Source of the DNA: Ylistrum balloti
Taxonomy: Eukaryota
Direction of reading: 5' to 3'
DNA length: 64,000 bases
Assembly (NCBI RefSeq): GCF_031769215.1
Contig: NW_026782107.1
Span: 496,001-560,000 of the forward strand
Below the pieces are notes generated by a model. That model was given only the letters and a program-made list of their open reading frames with translations, was not told the origin of the DNA and did not search any database. Shown in pieces: positions 38,482-51,490 of the stretch (its first letter is position 1; every line of letters starts with the position of its first letter). Position numbers and translations under genes: made by a program.

Positions 38482-38503
38482 GGGGGGGGGGGGGGGGGGG
38501 GGG
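38482..38503 (+). repeat. Poly-G tract (22 G)
   Basis: Uninterrupted G run in an otherwise AT-rich intron. Confidence 0.9.
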
Positions 38504-38574
38504 AGAGTTAAAAAGCTGTTATATAGAAAGGAGATTGCCTGAGAAAGTAGACTGGAATTGGTGTAATGAAATTT

Positions 38575-38751
38575 CAGGGCTCTCACTCTCCCTTTGTGGG
38601 ACTGGGGCCCAGGGCCCTTTGAATTGGGAAAAATAATGATGTTTTGCTTAGAATTTGGGAAACTTGGGGTCTAAATTGGGAAAGAAGATACTATTTTGCA
38701 TTGGGAGTGGGGCCGATATTCGGCCCCAAATCTGGCAGATCAAGAGCCCTG
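38575..38751. mobile_element. 177-bp MITE with CAGGGCTCT TIRs and a 5-bp AATTT target duplication
   Basis: Perfect 9-bp TIR CAGGGCTCT/AGAGCCCTG, AATTT on both sides, and an internal perfect hairpin GGGGCCGA-TAT-TCGGCCCC. Confidence 0.75.
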
Positions 38752-39203
38752 AATTTACAATTGCAAGAAATATACTTTATACTATCATTACATAGATATT
38801 GATGACATATTGCTATCATGTTGCACATGACATCATCTGTCATGCATAAACTTTTACATCAAAATGGCTTAATCTTCTTCTATGCTTAAACTGAATTCAA
38901 CCAAATTTGGCTCGCAACATCATTGGAGGAGGGTAATCATAAAATGTATAAACAAAGTTTATTTGGTCCCTGGAGACTATAGGGTAGGGCCCCAAAAGAG
39001 AAGTTTTCAGATTTTGATTTAAAATAATGTCTGCATTGATTTCAACCAGATTTGGTCTGAAATATCAATGGAGGGGGGATTATAATTTATGGTTTAATAA
39101 TAGTTCCAATATTGATATGAAACACCTAAAACAATACTTTTTTTTACTCTAAATAAAAAAAAATCATTGACATGTTTGTACTTTTATTAACAGGTCTGCT
39201 AAA

Positions 39204-42200
39204 ATGTCAACTGAGATAATATTTTCTGGGAAGTTGTCGGAGACAAATCCTGAGACTTCGCCAGTCATTATAGTAGGACAAGTGAAGAACCTCACCAGGA
39301 TTTCTTTCAATGATGTTAAGATGAAACTGGAACCTCGGGTGGATGCTGAGGTGTGTAAGAAAATAAAAGGGTTAGATTGGACATGTTATTGGAAAAAGAT
39401 AATAAACATTTTGTGAGAATTTTTTTAACTTCATGTTCACCATTCATGTGTTTAGATCATTGAATGGTCAGAATTACCTATAGCCACCATGTTTCATCGC
39501 CATCCGCCATGCTTAAACTTGCCATTCAAATGATTTTTTTTCATTAACCAAAAGGCCAAGAGTGTTGATATTTTCGCCTGTAGCATGCTGGGATGAAGGG
39601 CTGCCAAGCCTGTGAAAATGAATGATCTCACCTACTTTTCAGGTCACAGAGGTCAAATGAGGTGAAATCTTAAACAACTTCTTCTCAACAACCAAAAGGT
39701 CCAGGGTGCTGATTTTTACTAATAGCATGCTGTGATGATGGGTTACCAAAATTTGTTAAAATGAATGACCTTCACCCACTTTCAAGCTCACTGGTCAAAT
39801 ATGTTGTAATCTTTAGATATCTTCTTCTCAATAATCAAAAGGCACAGGGTGCTGATATTGGGTCTGTGTCATGCTGGAAGGAAGGGCGGGCTACCAAAAT
39901 TGTTAAAATGAATGACCTTGACCCACATAGTTACAAGGTCACAGGAGTTAGTTGTGTTGAAATCTTTCAACAAAATCTTCTCAATTATCACAAGGTTCAG
40001 GGTCCTGATAACAGGCCTCTAGAATGCTGGGATGAAGGGCTACTGATTTTGTTCATACATGTATTATTGACCTTGACTTAATTTCAAGATCACAGGTATT
40101 AAATATGGCAAGATTGTTAAACAACTTTTTCTAAATAACCAAAAGGTTTAGGTGCTTTGGACTGTGTAATGCAGGCATGAAGGGTTACTAATTTTGTCAA
40201 TGTGATTTACCTTTTCTCTTCTTAAAGGTAACAGGGGTCAAATGTGTTAAAATCTTAAAACAACTTCTACACAATAACAAATAATCCAGTCTGTTGATAT
40301 TAGTTCTCTAACAAGGAATACAAAATTGCAAACAACTGAGCAGTTATGTATGTAATGGATTTCAATGCCATTATTTTGTGTTTTTTAGACAATTTTTACT
40401 GAATCATAAGCACATAACTATAGGCAAGTATTTGAACTGAAATGTGAGGAGCTGTCAGTCATTTGAAACTGAGCTGAGCATTTATGTTTGATTATTTGTG
40501 TTCAGATCAAAATTATGTGTCATTGGAGTTTACTTTATACAGTTGTATACAAAACACAGCTGTATCATAAACTTCATATATATATATATAAATATAAGAC
40601 ATCTGGCTGTTTCAGGAATCATAAATGCTGCCTTGCTGTAGTCATTCCCATGTTATTAATGGTATTTTTTTATTTCAAGACTTTTGAGAAAGCAGTTGCA
40701 GGCCTTCACCCTTCCCCGACAGATTCCTGTCCACTTTGGCTGAACAATGCTGCAGTGGCTGCTCTGCCCACAAAGTGTAGTCGTCACAACACACCCTCTC
40801 GAGCACACGCTCTGTCCAAGGTTGTAAAGACCTTTATTGGAAACAGTACCAGTGAATATGTTGTTGTAAGTATCCCTTAAATAGAGCAGTTAAATTTGCT
40901 GTTTTTTAAAAAGATGATAGTTTATATCTTTTATTTTTACTTTGTAAATTGAATTATTAGTTTGGAAACCAGATTGAATCCATAGTATATAATACTTGAA
41001 TCGTTTAATCCTCTATGAAATAAATATTTCATTTGCTATTTTTTTATTTTCATCCCATTACATTAAAAACTGACAACATTTTGAAACGTTGCATTTGATT
41101 GGACAGTTTTCATAGAAAGGAGTCCATTATAAATGTAAGAAATATTGCAATTTTTGATAAAACTGGTAGGTTTTACTTTTAATTATTTTTTGTGTTATTG
41201 ATCCATAATACATGATAAAAAAACAGGGTGAACTCTTGGCATAAACCGCTGTATGGTTTATTTCAAAGTTCATTGCGTTTTTTACGTTATGACTCAATAA
41301 AAAAAATAAAGTTACTCCTGAAAAAAAATGAAAATTGATAACATACATCATATTACAAAAGATATGAAATTTTGTATTCCAATAGATTGTTTGTGAGAGG
41401 GGTGATGTTTTGGCATCTGGTTGTGCTGTGGCCCGTGTTCTTCCATTATTTAATGGTAAATCCAATGCCTCAACAGAAGATCGCACCATCACTGTTGAAT
41501 TCCTCCTGGTCGGTGATGGCAATGAGACACACTTGACTGAACAAGACCTAGCATGTCTTGCTGCAGAAGCTAAAGGAGTGCGACTTGCAGCAAAGATTGT
41601 TGATATTCCATGCTCAGAAATGCACACTGATGGTTTCCTTAAAGTTAGTATAAGTAATATCAGGCAATAATTAACTGGTCAGAAGACCAGATGCCAGTCA
41701 AGTCAATTACTGAATAATTCAGCATATACTTATCCCATGTGGAGCCCTATTTTCAGGAATTGTTAATGTAGCCTAAATTATTTGTGTTTATATCTTTTGA
41801 ACAAGACTGGCATTTAATCTTCTTGGGTAGTACACAGCTGTTAGAATTAACAATTTGTTTGTTTGGTTTTTTTTTTTTCAAGGATTTATTTGTATATTTC
41901 TTTTTGCAAGAACTTTCATCTCTAGGAACTCTGTTTCAGGAAATCCAAACCGTAGGCGATGAGCTCAATATACGTCCAATGATCATCAGAGGCGAAGATT
42001 TAGATAGGCAGGGATTTGGAGGTACCTTGTCTATTCAGTGTTACAGTAGATAAGAGGAAACTTAGCCCCAACAAAACATGTGTTTTGAGGTCAATCACTG
42101 GCTCCTTCACTTTTGTTAAAAGAAAAAAACCTCTTATCCTCAGAAATGTAGTTTCGGTAATGCATGCAATTTTGTTTTAGGATTCTTGAAAAATTAATAA

Positions 42201-45200
42201 GGGTTGAAATTCGATAGGGAAATGCATGTGTCATAATTAGCATCATTTGATTAAATGAATATTGTATTTGTTATATAATTAACAAGACTGGTCTAACAAC
42301 TAAACAACGAAAAAAATATCTACAAGTATTTTTGTAAATATGTATATTGCAAAACATCCTTGAAATTTGTGCACCCATATAATTTGCATATGTAATAACT
42401 TTGGGTCTGCAAATGCTGATCAAAAGGTATTATTCATGTATTTTGTACTTCATATATTTCTCTTTTTTTTTATTTCCTAACTTGCTTTCATTGTGCAGTT
42501 CTGTTGAGAAACCTGTCAGTTGATAATGAATCACCATTATAATAAATAAAATAAAGTGACTTTTCTTTATGAGGAATAAAGAAAATTTTAAGATGTTATT
42601 TTAAAATCATCATCATTGGCTTGTGTTTAAATCAAATTGATTTCAAAAAATCACATGAATTGTATTCATTGATTACAAATAACTTGGAACAACCATTACA
42701 TAGGTTTATACACTGTGGGAAAAGCAGCAGACCATCCTCCTGCTCTTGCCATCCTTAGTCATCAACCAGCAGGAGCGACTAAGAGCATTGCTTGGGTCGG
42801 CAAGGGTATTGTGTTTGATTCTGGTGGCCTCTGCATCAAAACTAAGGTAGGAAATCTCTAACAGGTAGTTGAGTGTTGGATTATTTTATTCCTAAGTAAA
42901 ATGTCTGCTGGGCCATGTTACATTTTGATGTCATAAAAATTGCAAGACGTATAATAACGTAACTATGACAACATATATAAATGTCATGTTTGTCATGACT
43001 GCAAAAGAATTCCTCTCCAGGTCAAAATTCATCTGCCTTATATGGAATGACCTTTAATGTTATTATATCAATGATTGTTACAAATAAGGAGAATATTACA
43101 GATGATGCTATATCATATCAAATTTTATATTAAACATGCCATATCTAATCCATAGATTATGTCATAAATTAAATGCGGTGTTCAATAGGCCAATTGTGTA
43201 TGATCCTCTTCCTTAAGTATTATCACTATAACCTGATATATCAACTGGAAGTTCATTGTAGACAGGTATGTGTGGGATGAAGAGAGATTGTGGCGGAGCA
43301 GCTGGTATCCTGGGAGCTTTTTATGCCGCTGTCAAAATGGTATGTACAGGTATAGGGCTCCTAAAAATCCGGCTAAATGTTTGTCATAATTGATATTAAT
43401 ATAGATTTTATTATCTTAACTGGAATTGTTTCTTTATCAAATGATAGTTTTTTTACTAATCTAAAACATGCTATTTACCTTAAATCTTTCTTACCATAAA
43501 CAAATATTCATTCTTATTAAATGTAAAATGATTATGGTGTTCTTAAGAATCTTTATTTACCCCCTAGGTTAGGTGATTGTTGTCTGTATAGGTTGTCTTG
43601 ACTCTGTTAACCTTGTTTGTGTTTGTTGGGATGGTAGGGTTTCAGTGAGAACCTGCATGCAGTGTTCTGCCTGGCAGAGAATGCGGTAGCTTCGATAGCA
43701 GCTCGACCAGATGATATCTTCACCATGTACTCAGGCAGGTCAGTGTGCAAAACCATTGTCTCACCTTGTACTCAAACAGGTCAATTAACAAAACCATTGT
43801 CTCACCTTGTACTCAAACAGGCCAATTAACAAAACCATTGTCTCACCTTGTACTCAAACAGGTCAATTAACAAAACCATTGTCTCACCTTGTACTCAAAC
43901 AGGTCAATTAACAAAACCATTGTCTCACCTTGTACTCAAACAGGTCAATTAACAAAACCATTGTCTCACCTTGTACTCAAACAGGCCAATTAACAAAACC
44001 ATTGTCTCACCTTGTACTCAAACAGGTCAATTAACAAAACCATTGTCTCACCTTGTACTCAAACAGGTCAATTAACAAAACCATTGTCTCACCTTGTACT
44101 CAAACAGGTCAATTAACAAAACCATTGTCTCACCTTGTACACAAACAGGCCAATTAACAAAACCATTGTCTCACCTTGTACTCAAACAGGTCAATTAACA
44201 AAACCATTGTCTCACCTTGTACTCAAACAGGTCAATTAACAAAACCATTGTCTCACCTTGTACTCAAACAGGTCAATTAACAAAACCATTGTCTCACCAT
44301 GTGCACAGGAAAAATCAGTACTCAAATCAGTACTTCACCATGTAGTCAGTCTGATCATACTTAAAAAAATTCTCCACCATGTACTCTGGCAGGTCACTCA
44401 CCATATACTTAGGCGGGTCAGTTCACAATTAGGTGTTTCACCATTTACACAGACAGGTTAGTATACAAATGGTCACTCACCATATACTTAGGCAGGTCAG
44501 TTCTCAAACCAGTGTTTCACTAGACAGACAAGTGCAGGACACTGAACAGTTTCTGCGCCACTTTATATAGCATGACAGGATTAATGATTTTAAATGCACA
44601 GACATATAGGTACTTTTTAGGATGTATGGACTAACCTTCATTGAAAGAAATGTTTTGGTAAATAACGCATATCAAAAAGATTCTGAATGTATTTCACTGA
44701 TGTTGCTGCCATATCAATTAGAATTTTGTAAACCTATCTCAAAATTAGAATTTTTACAACTCGTTTTTTCAGAATCACTCAATTTATCTTTTGCAGAACA
44801 GTAGAAATGAACAATACTGATGCAGAAGGGCGTCTTGTTTTAGGAGATGGGGTAAGTGTTTCTAGTGAATCTGTGAATATCTGATTGATAATGTTGTAAA
44901 ACTATTGTGTGGATGTATTCTAAAATGTGACTTTTAGGGAATATAAATATCTTTTATTTTGGAAATTTCAAATAGTTCATGGTTTAAACTAAATTATATG
45001 TATTTTTTGCCGTACAGATTCTTTTCCAGTCAACCTTCAAGAGAAAGTTACTGATTTAAACGGATGTTTGCCTTTGCAGGTAGCATATGCTAGAAAAGAT
45101 CTGAAAGCTGATGTAGTCGTAGATATGGCAACATTGACTGGTGCTCAGGGTATAGCTACAGGTAAGTGTAAACAAGTATGGTCATAAATATGGCAACATC

Positions 45201-48200
45201 GTCTGTTGCTTAGGGTATAGCTAAAGTTAGTGAATACAGGTGTGGACATAGATATGGCATCATTGTCCGGATCTCAGGGTATAGCTACAGGTAAGGGTTA
45301 TATAGGTTTTGGCATAGACATGACAACATTGACTGGTGTTTAGGGTGTGGCTACAATTAGTATACACATGTGTGTTTGTAGGTATGGTGACATCATCTGG
45401 TACTCAGGATAAATACAGCTAAGTGTATACAGGTGTGTTTGTAGGTATGGTGACATCATCTGGTACTCAGGATAAAATACAGGTAAGTGTATACAGGTGT
45501 GTTTGTAGGAATGGTGACATCATCTGGTATTCAGGATATAACTACAGGTAAGTGTATACAGGTGTGTTTGTAGGTATGGTGACATCATCTGATACTCAGG
45601 ATGTAGATAGAGGTAAGTATATACAGGTGTGTTTGTAGGTATGGTGACATCATCTGGTACTCAGGATAAAATACAGGTAAGTGTATACAGGTGTGTTTGT
45701 AGGTATGGTGACATCATCTGGTACTCAGGATAAAATACAGGTAAGTGTATACAGGTGTGTTTGTAGGTATGGTGACATCATCTGATACTCAGGATGTAGA
45801 TAGAGGTAAGTATATACAGGTGTGTTTGTAGGTATGGTGACATCATCTGGTATTCAGGATATAACTACAGGTAAGTGTATACAGGTGTGTTTGTAGGTAT
45901 GGTGACATCATCTGATACTCAGGATGTAGATAGAGGTAAGTATATACAGGTGTGTTTGTAGGTATGGTGACATCATCTGGTAATCAGGATATAACTACAG
46001 GTAAGTGTATACAGGTGTGTTTGTAGGTATGGTGACATCATCTGATACTCAGGATGTAGATAGAGGTAAGTATATACAGGTGTGTTTGTAGGTATGGTGA
46101 CATTGCTCAAGGTATAGTTTACAGGTTGTTGGAGGTAAATTTATGTTGATAAACAGCATTCTCTTTAGGATGTGGCCACAATTGCCCCTGCTATAATGAT
46201 AGTAGTTACTCTTCTTTGTGTGTAGTAGTTTGTAAATAATTCAGTTGGAAATTGTTGAAAAAGTTAAGGAATGAACAGTAAACATATGTAGACTGGTAAG
46301 TAAGTGTTATCACTAAACCCTATAAAATGTGATAATGTGTGATAAATGAGAAGAATGGAGTGTCAGAATGATTTAAATCCTGTTTAATTTGTGTTATTTT
46401 GTATTGTTTTATTAGGGAAATATCATGCCTCTGTGGTGACCAACAATGAGGATATAGAGCTGGCTAGTGTTAAGGCAGGCAGAGCCAGTGGTGACCTTGT
46501 TCATCCAATGCCTTACAGCCCAGAACTCCACTACAGTGAGTTTGCTAGTGCTGTGGCTGATATGAAGAACTCTGTTGCGGTAAGTTTTACAACTCTTATC
46601 TCCCTTCATGTTTACATTGGCATTATTTGCCCGTTCTTGATATTCTTTGGGTTGCGTCACTATTACTCTCTGCACCCCTGGAATATGTCATGGCAAAACT
46701 GAAGGCTCAAGCAAAGTAATTTGATTGGTCTAGAGCGAGAACCGGGAGAAAAAAACTGACTGATCACAGGCTGATGTGCTCCTTTGAAGAGTACAAAGGA
46801 GCGACACCCAACTTCAAAGCCATTACAACAAACTGTTTTACAACCTTGTGATTTGTTTGATGTACATGAAATGATCAAACTGGTCTTGTCCACTAAGTGT
46901 TACACAGGAAACCTTCAATTTTGCCATATGTTTCAGTGGTACAGAGAGCAAAAGTGAGTGTGACCCCCAGAGAATCAGGAATTTATTATGCCAAGTTCTC
47001 GTATAGGTATTGTTTTTCAGAGGTCAAGGTTTCTGTTAAATTGAATTTATAGAAAATAACTTGTGACTATTCCTGAAGCAAACAGTGGGACAGATTATTG
47101 TGAGCTTCTATTAAGTTTCTCTCAGTCTTGATTAATTTGCTACCTATTAGCAAATGCAACAGACTCATAGTTTACAAATGACGATCAAACGAAAAGCGAG
47201 ACTACATTGTATGCTTTCATTAGACCGGTGTTTCCATATTTTTTGTAGTTCTCCAAAATGAATCAATTTCCCAAAATTTGTGCATTCTTTGATCTGAGTG
47301 GCAATTGCCTTATTCTTTATGGAGTGTGATGGTTTAAAGATTTGGACATTACAACAGCATAGTCCAATAGCTAGCATGTGTGGCTGTGTGGTAGAGTGTT
47401 TAATTATGTGAAGCATGGTCAGTAGTTAACGGGTCACAGCTCTGTGCTACCTCCAGTGCTTGTTACTCTATCTAACGTACATGTATAACATTAAATATGC
47501 ATGGGTTTATTTCTTTGGTAGATTAAACCTGAGACATCAAGGGTTAAAAGTTCCACAAATAATTTATAATCATACATATAATTCTGTTAAGTCTTATTTG
47601 TTGCATTTTATTTTGGTGGTTTGTCTATAGCCATAAGAACAAAATAATTTCTACGCAATGAATATTTCTTGTTCTACAGTATGTCCTTTTGTGGTGTGGT
47701 CTAGTATTTCAGTAGACATATATGTCACACAAGTATGGACTGTACAATTGTATGATTTCCTGTATGGACAACTACAGGTGAGTTTCTGTTACATATGAGT
47801 ATGGTATGGATAAGATTCCTGAATATTTATATCATATATTTTATATTTTGTAACAGGATAGGGCTAATGCACAAGTATCTTGTGCTGGTCTGTTTATCGC
47901 CTCACACCTTGGCTTTGACTACCCTGGCACTTGGCTCCATATAGATATGGCTTATCCTGTTCATAGTGTAAGTATATTGTGTACTTTTTGACTGATTGGC
48001 ACCTACCTAAATCATTGAGGATAAACATTTTAACAAACATCCAATAATGTGATTTTGTGTCTCTTAAGTATTTATAAAAGCATTATTTTCAACTGACAGA
48101 CTTATTCAAACTAGCTTATATCTGTCTGATTGTCAAATGACCATAAACAGTACTTACTGTTGCAATTTTGGAGAAATGATTGAACAGAAAAAATCTTTGT

Positions 48201-48714
48201 GAAGATTATACATCAATAAAACTAGTAGTTAAGTTCTCAAAAGTGTATGTATTAGTGTATGGTCAAGGTGTCATTGTCAAACATGATTTCATAACAATGT
48301 AATGCTTTCTAGTAAAAATCATAACTTGACTTGTGTCTGTTGATGCAGTTTGAGTGTGAATATTTTGGAGGCTGAATTCCTATTTCTTAATGAGAACATG
48401 TACTAATTTAATATGACGAAATCAAAGTCACACAGACACATGATTCTTTTGCATGATATCCCTGTGACATACCAAGATTTTCACACATTGTAGGTTGTTT
48501 TTTAATAAGTGTATGATTGATGAAGTAACTTCATCTTTCCTTAAAGGGAGAAAGAGCAACAGGATATGGTGTTGCCTTGTTGACGACATTGTTTGGCCAG
48601 CTATCCCACAGTTCCTTGCTGCAACAGATGGCACCCTCTATAACACTGACAGAGGTGATGGACACAGACACAGTGGATTGTTCAGACAATAATAAGAAGA
48701 TGCGACTCAGCTAG
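39204..48714 (+). CDS. NPEPL1: Probable aminopeptidase NPEPL1 (peptidase M17), 12 coding exons, 524 aa
   Basis: Exons: 39204-39350, 40680-40865, 41386-41643, 41940-42021, 42704-42846, 43262-43339, 43638-43738, 44797-44851, 45080-45161, 46416-46579, 47857-47967, 48547-48714. Total 1575 nt, GT-AG, phases consistent. M17 metal-ligand motifs VGKGIVFDSGG..IK, MKRDCGG and NTDAEGRL are intact; NPEPL1-like PTDSCPLWLN and SAVADMKNSVA. Confidence 0.96.
39530..40270. repeat. ~140-155 bp satellite-like array (~5 units), HINE-type central repeats, NPEPL1 intron
   Basis: AACCAAAAGG..GCATGCTGGGATGAAGGG..AAAATGAATGACC..AGGTCAC recurs at ~39547, 39692, 39832, 39988 and 40137. Confidence 0.7.
43745..44300 (+). 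repeat. 41-bp minisatellite (~13 copies) seeded at the NPEPL1 exon 43638-43738 donor
   Basis: The unit AAACCATTGTCTCACCTTGTACTCAAACAGGTCAATTAACA mirrors the exon end CACCATGTACTCAGGCAG|GTCAGT. Decayed copies extend to ~44510. Confidence 0.92.
45162..46110 (+). repeat. 64-65 bp minisatellite (~14 copies) seeded at the NPEPL1 exon 45080-45161 donor
   Basis: The first units are near-copies of GATATGGCAACATTGACTGGTGCTCAGGGTATAGCTACAG|GTAAGT. Later units read GGTATGGTGACATCATCTG...ACAG/AGAG-GTAAGT..ATACAGGTGTGTTTGTA. Confidence 0.92.
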
Positions 48715-50379
48715 AGGGACAGCCATCTCTGTTCAGTCTAAATGGAGTCTGATAATTCCTTCTAAAATATATCTGCTTAATATTTAAGTGTAACATTAAG
48801 AGGTTGTCTACAGGGAAATTTTACTTTTAATGCATCAAGTTCACCCAAATCACATTAAAATATTTTAAAAAGTCATTGTGATTAATGATGAAGAAATTCA
48901 GGATATATTCTAAAATGCGGTAGCCTGCCGTTCCACCCGAAAGAATCCCACAATTTTATGAAGTATCTTTGTGAATGAGATCAAAATGATGAAGATGAAA
49001 CGTAGAAAAGGACGCAATATTTCTCAGATGTATGTTCAAAATTTCAAAATGAAGTCTATCCTGTTTTATGTGTATCAAGTGTAAACCATGTGTTCTATTA
49101 TGTTAACTCAATCTGAAGCAAATCTATCATATACAGTGCATCAGTAGACAAAGTATGTGATATAAATACTGGAAGGTCTTTATTGAAAGTGCTTTAAATT
49201 TTGTAGACAATTTCTAAAGAGGACAAATTATTAGTTACAATAAATTCCCAAAAGATGAATGTTGATCAAAACTGAAATCAATGATGATTTAAACAATACT
49301 CAAATAAGGTTTATTGATATAAAACAAAGTTGATGTGGTTTAGATTAAGACAATGGTTTTAGAGAACTGAAAATGTGCCATCATGATTTGTATTGAACAT
49401 TTATTGGTTTATCTGTTGAAAACTAGTTTGTATCATTATTGTATCTTTTGTATCATTATTAAACTTTTTTTCTGTAAAATCACTTTCTTCAGTCCCGTGT
49501 TTGTGTCAACACAGAAAATTTTCCTTTTCAATATTTTTTTTGGAAAGTGAATTTAAGGAAACTTCAAATATTTGTATGGTTGGTAATGAAAATGTATTGG
49601 CGTATTCTAGTGTTTGGTAAAAAATAGAAAATCTACAATAATTCCATGTGCACTTACTTAGTGTGGTTTATATATGAGAGTCCCAGAGTGCTACAATTTT
49701 CATTTAACAGTTCTAGTGTGTGAAAAGTTTACTACTGCAAAATTGTGGTTATGTCAAAAATCAGTGTCTATAGCTATATAAAATTACCAAAATTTCAAGA
49801 CTGGTTTTTCAGAGTTTCTCTTACACCAAAATAGTATTATCTTCCAAATGTTACAGATCCTCGAAGAAGAAAATGATGATTGATATGGTATCATTCCAGA
49901 ACACTTGTTTAGTTGTTAAAATTTGTGAAAATGATTAGAATGCTTTGTTATAGCAACTAATGGTATTAGCCAAATTGATAATTTATTCAGGTTTTGTGCT
50001 AACAGTGTGTATTGTGAAGCATGCGAAAATGTAGGCCTATAATCCTTGTTTTTTGATGAGTTTTCACTTTTTAAAACTGGAAAAATTATCGTATCGAGCG
50101 ATAGTGTTTATTAGTGCATGGATTACACAGAGTAAGTTAACTAATCATATTGACTTGGTACTTGGTCCTTACATATTGGCAGCTGTGAATGTTTGATGTT
50201 TCTAAAGACATGTTACATTCAAATGGCAGTTATGGTGTATATATTGCATTGTGAAGATTATGGTGTGTTGGCCTTTAAGTGTGTCATTGTTAGTGTAAAT
50301 TTAGTACATCAGCCTTAATGCAATTTAAAGGGTATGTTCATAAACATCTTTACATAATGTTGTGTTTTTTTGGCTACTA

Positions 50380-50655
50380 CTGGTCAGTGTACAAGCCTTA
50401 CCAAGTCTTGAGCTTTGTAAACATTTGTCAGTACTGGTTAGTACACCAGCCTTTTCAAGTCTGAGCATTGTACACAGTTGGTCACTAGTGGTCAGTATAC
50501 AAGCCTTACCAAGTGTAAGTGTTTTACACAGTTGTCACTACTGATCACTATACATACCTTACCAAGTCTAAATGCTATAAACAGTCGGTCACTACATACT
50601 GTTCAGTTTACAAACCTTATCAAGCATGGATGTTGGGTACAGTTGGTAACTTATG
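50380..50655. repeat. ~54-bp degenerate tandem repeat, ~5 copies
   Basis: GGTCAGT.TACAAGCCTTACCAAGT recurs. Confidence 0.75.
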
Positions 50656-51007
50656 ACTACTAAATGATACTTTGTAATAAAAATACAATGTCAATTTTGT
50701 ATTCAAAACTCTATTTAAGTACCATTATCAGACAGATAGTTTAAGTAACTATACATATTCACAGCATCACAACTTTCTTACTTTAGCAATACATGGATGT
50801 ATGGAAATATTACTGAATGTAATGTTGTGTGGTCTAATTGTAACCTGTAATTTACAAAGAGCAATATTAGTATTATCCATGCACAAAATTCAAGTTGAAG
50901 ATTATAAGATTATTAAAATTAAGCATCCAGACTGAATAAACAATTGTTTTTATTATCTATGCTTTGTTTATGGTAAAGCAAGACAGGCAAACAATTCAAT
51001 TAACTTA

Positions 51008-51370
51008 TTATCATTCTCTGTCAAGGTTTTGTCAAAGTCTGAAAGTTTCATTTTCATTCTCTGTCAAGGAATTGTCAAAGTCTGAAAGTGTCATTATCAT
51101 TCTCTGTCAAGGAATTGTCAAAGTCTGAAAGTGTCATTTTCATTCTCTGTCAAGGAATTGTCAAAGTCTAAAAGTTTCATTTTCATCCTCTGTCAAGGAA
51201 TTGTCAAAGTCTAAAAGTTCCATTTTCATCCTCTGTCAAGGAATTGTCAAAGTCTAAAAGTTCCATTTTCATCCTCTGTCAAGGAATTGTCAAAGTCTAA
51301 AAGTTTCATTTTCATCCTCTGTCAAGGAATTGTCAAAGTCTAAAAGTTCCATTTTCATCCTTTGTCAAAG
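51008..51370. repeat. 43-bp minisatellite, ~8 copies
   Basis: TCATTCTCTGTCAAGGAATTGTCAAAGTCTGAAAGT at 51011, 51054, 51097 and onward. Confidence 0.92.
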
Positions 51371-51434
51371 TCCGCAAGAGTTCAATGGAAACAGTAAATA
51401 ATTAATGCTTGAAACAGATTGGTAGCGGGAGTTA

Positions 51435-51490
51435 TTTGATTTGATGTTTTTTCATAGCCTGTCGACAGCCAGGGTCATTTTGGGCCAAAC
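51435..51490 (-). mobile_element. SINE/LINE-type 3' tail fragment
   Basis: Minus strand AATGACCCTGGCTGTCGACAGGC followed by an (ATCAA)n-like tail; same motif as 27040-27085. Confidence 0.45.

Noticed and set aside
41127-41627. 166-aa minus-strand ORF
   Set aside because: Antisense shadow of the NPEPL1 exon 41386-41643 plus intron. The same applies to the antisense ORFs over GAN and CEP76 exons.
43745-44300. Regularly spaced repeats as a CRISPR array (also 51008-51370 and 55700-56890)
   Set aside because: Units are contiguous with no unique spacers, there are no cas genes, and the context is eukaryotic.
46778-46802. 9-bp hairpin GCTCCTTTG-AAGAGTA-CAAAGGAGC in an NPEPL1 intron
   Set aside because: An isolated hairpin with no accompanying element ends or snoRNA boxes recognised; rho-independent terminators do not apply here.
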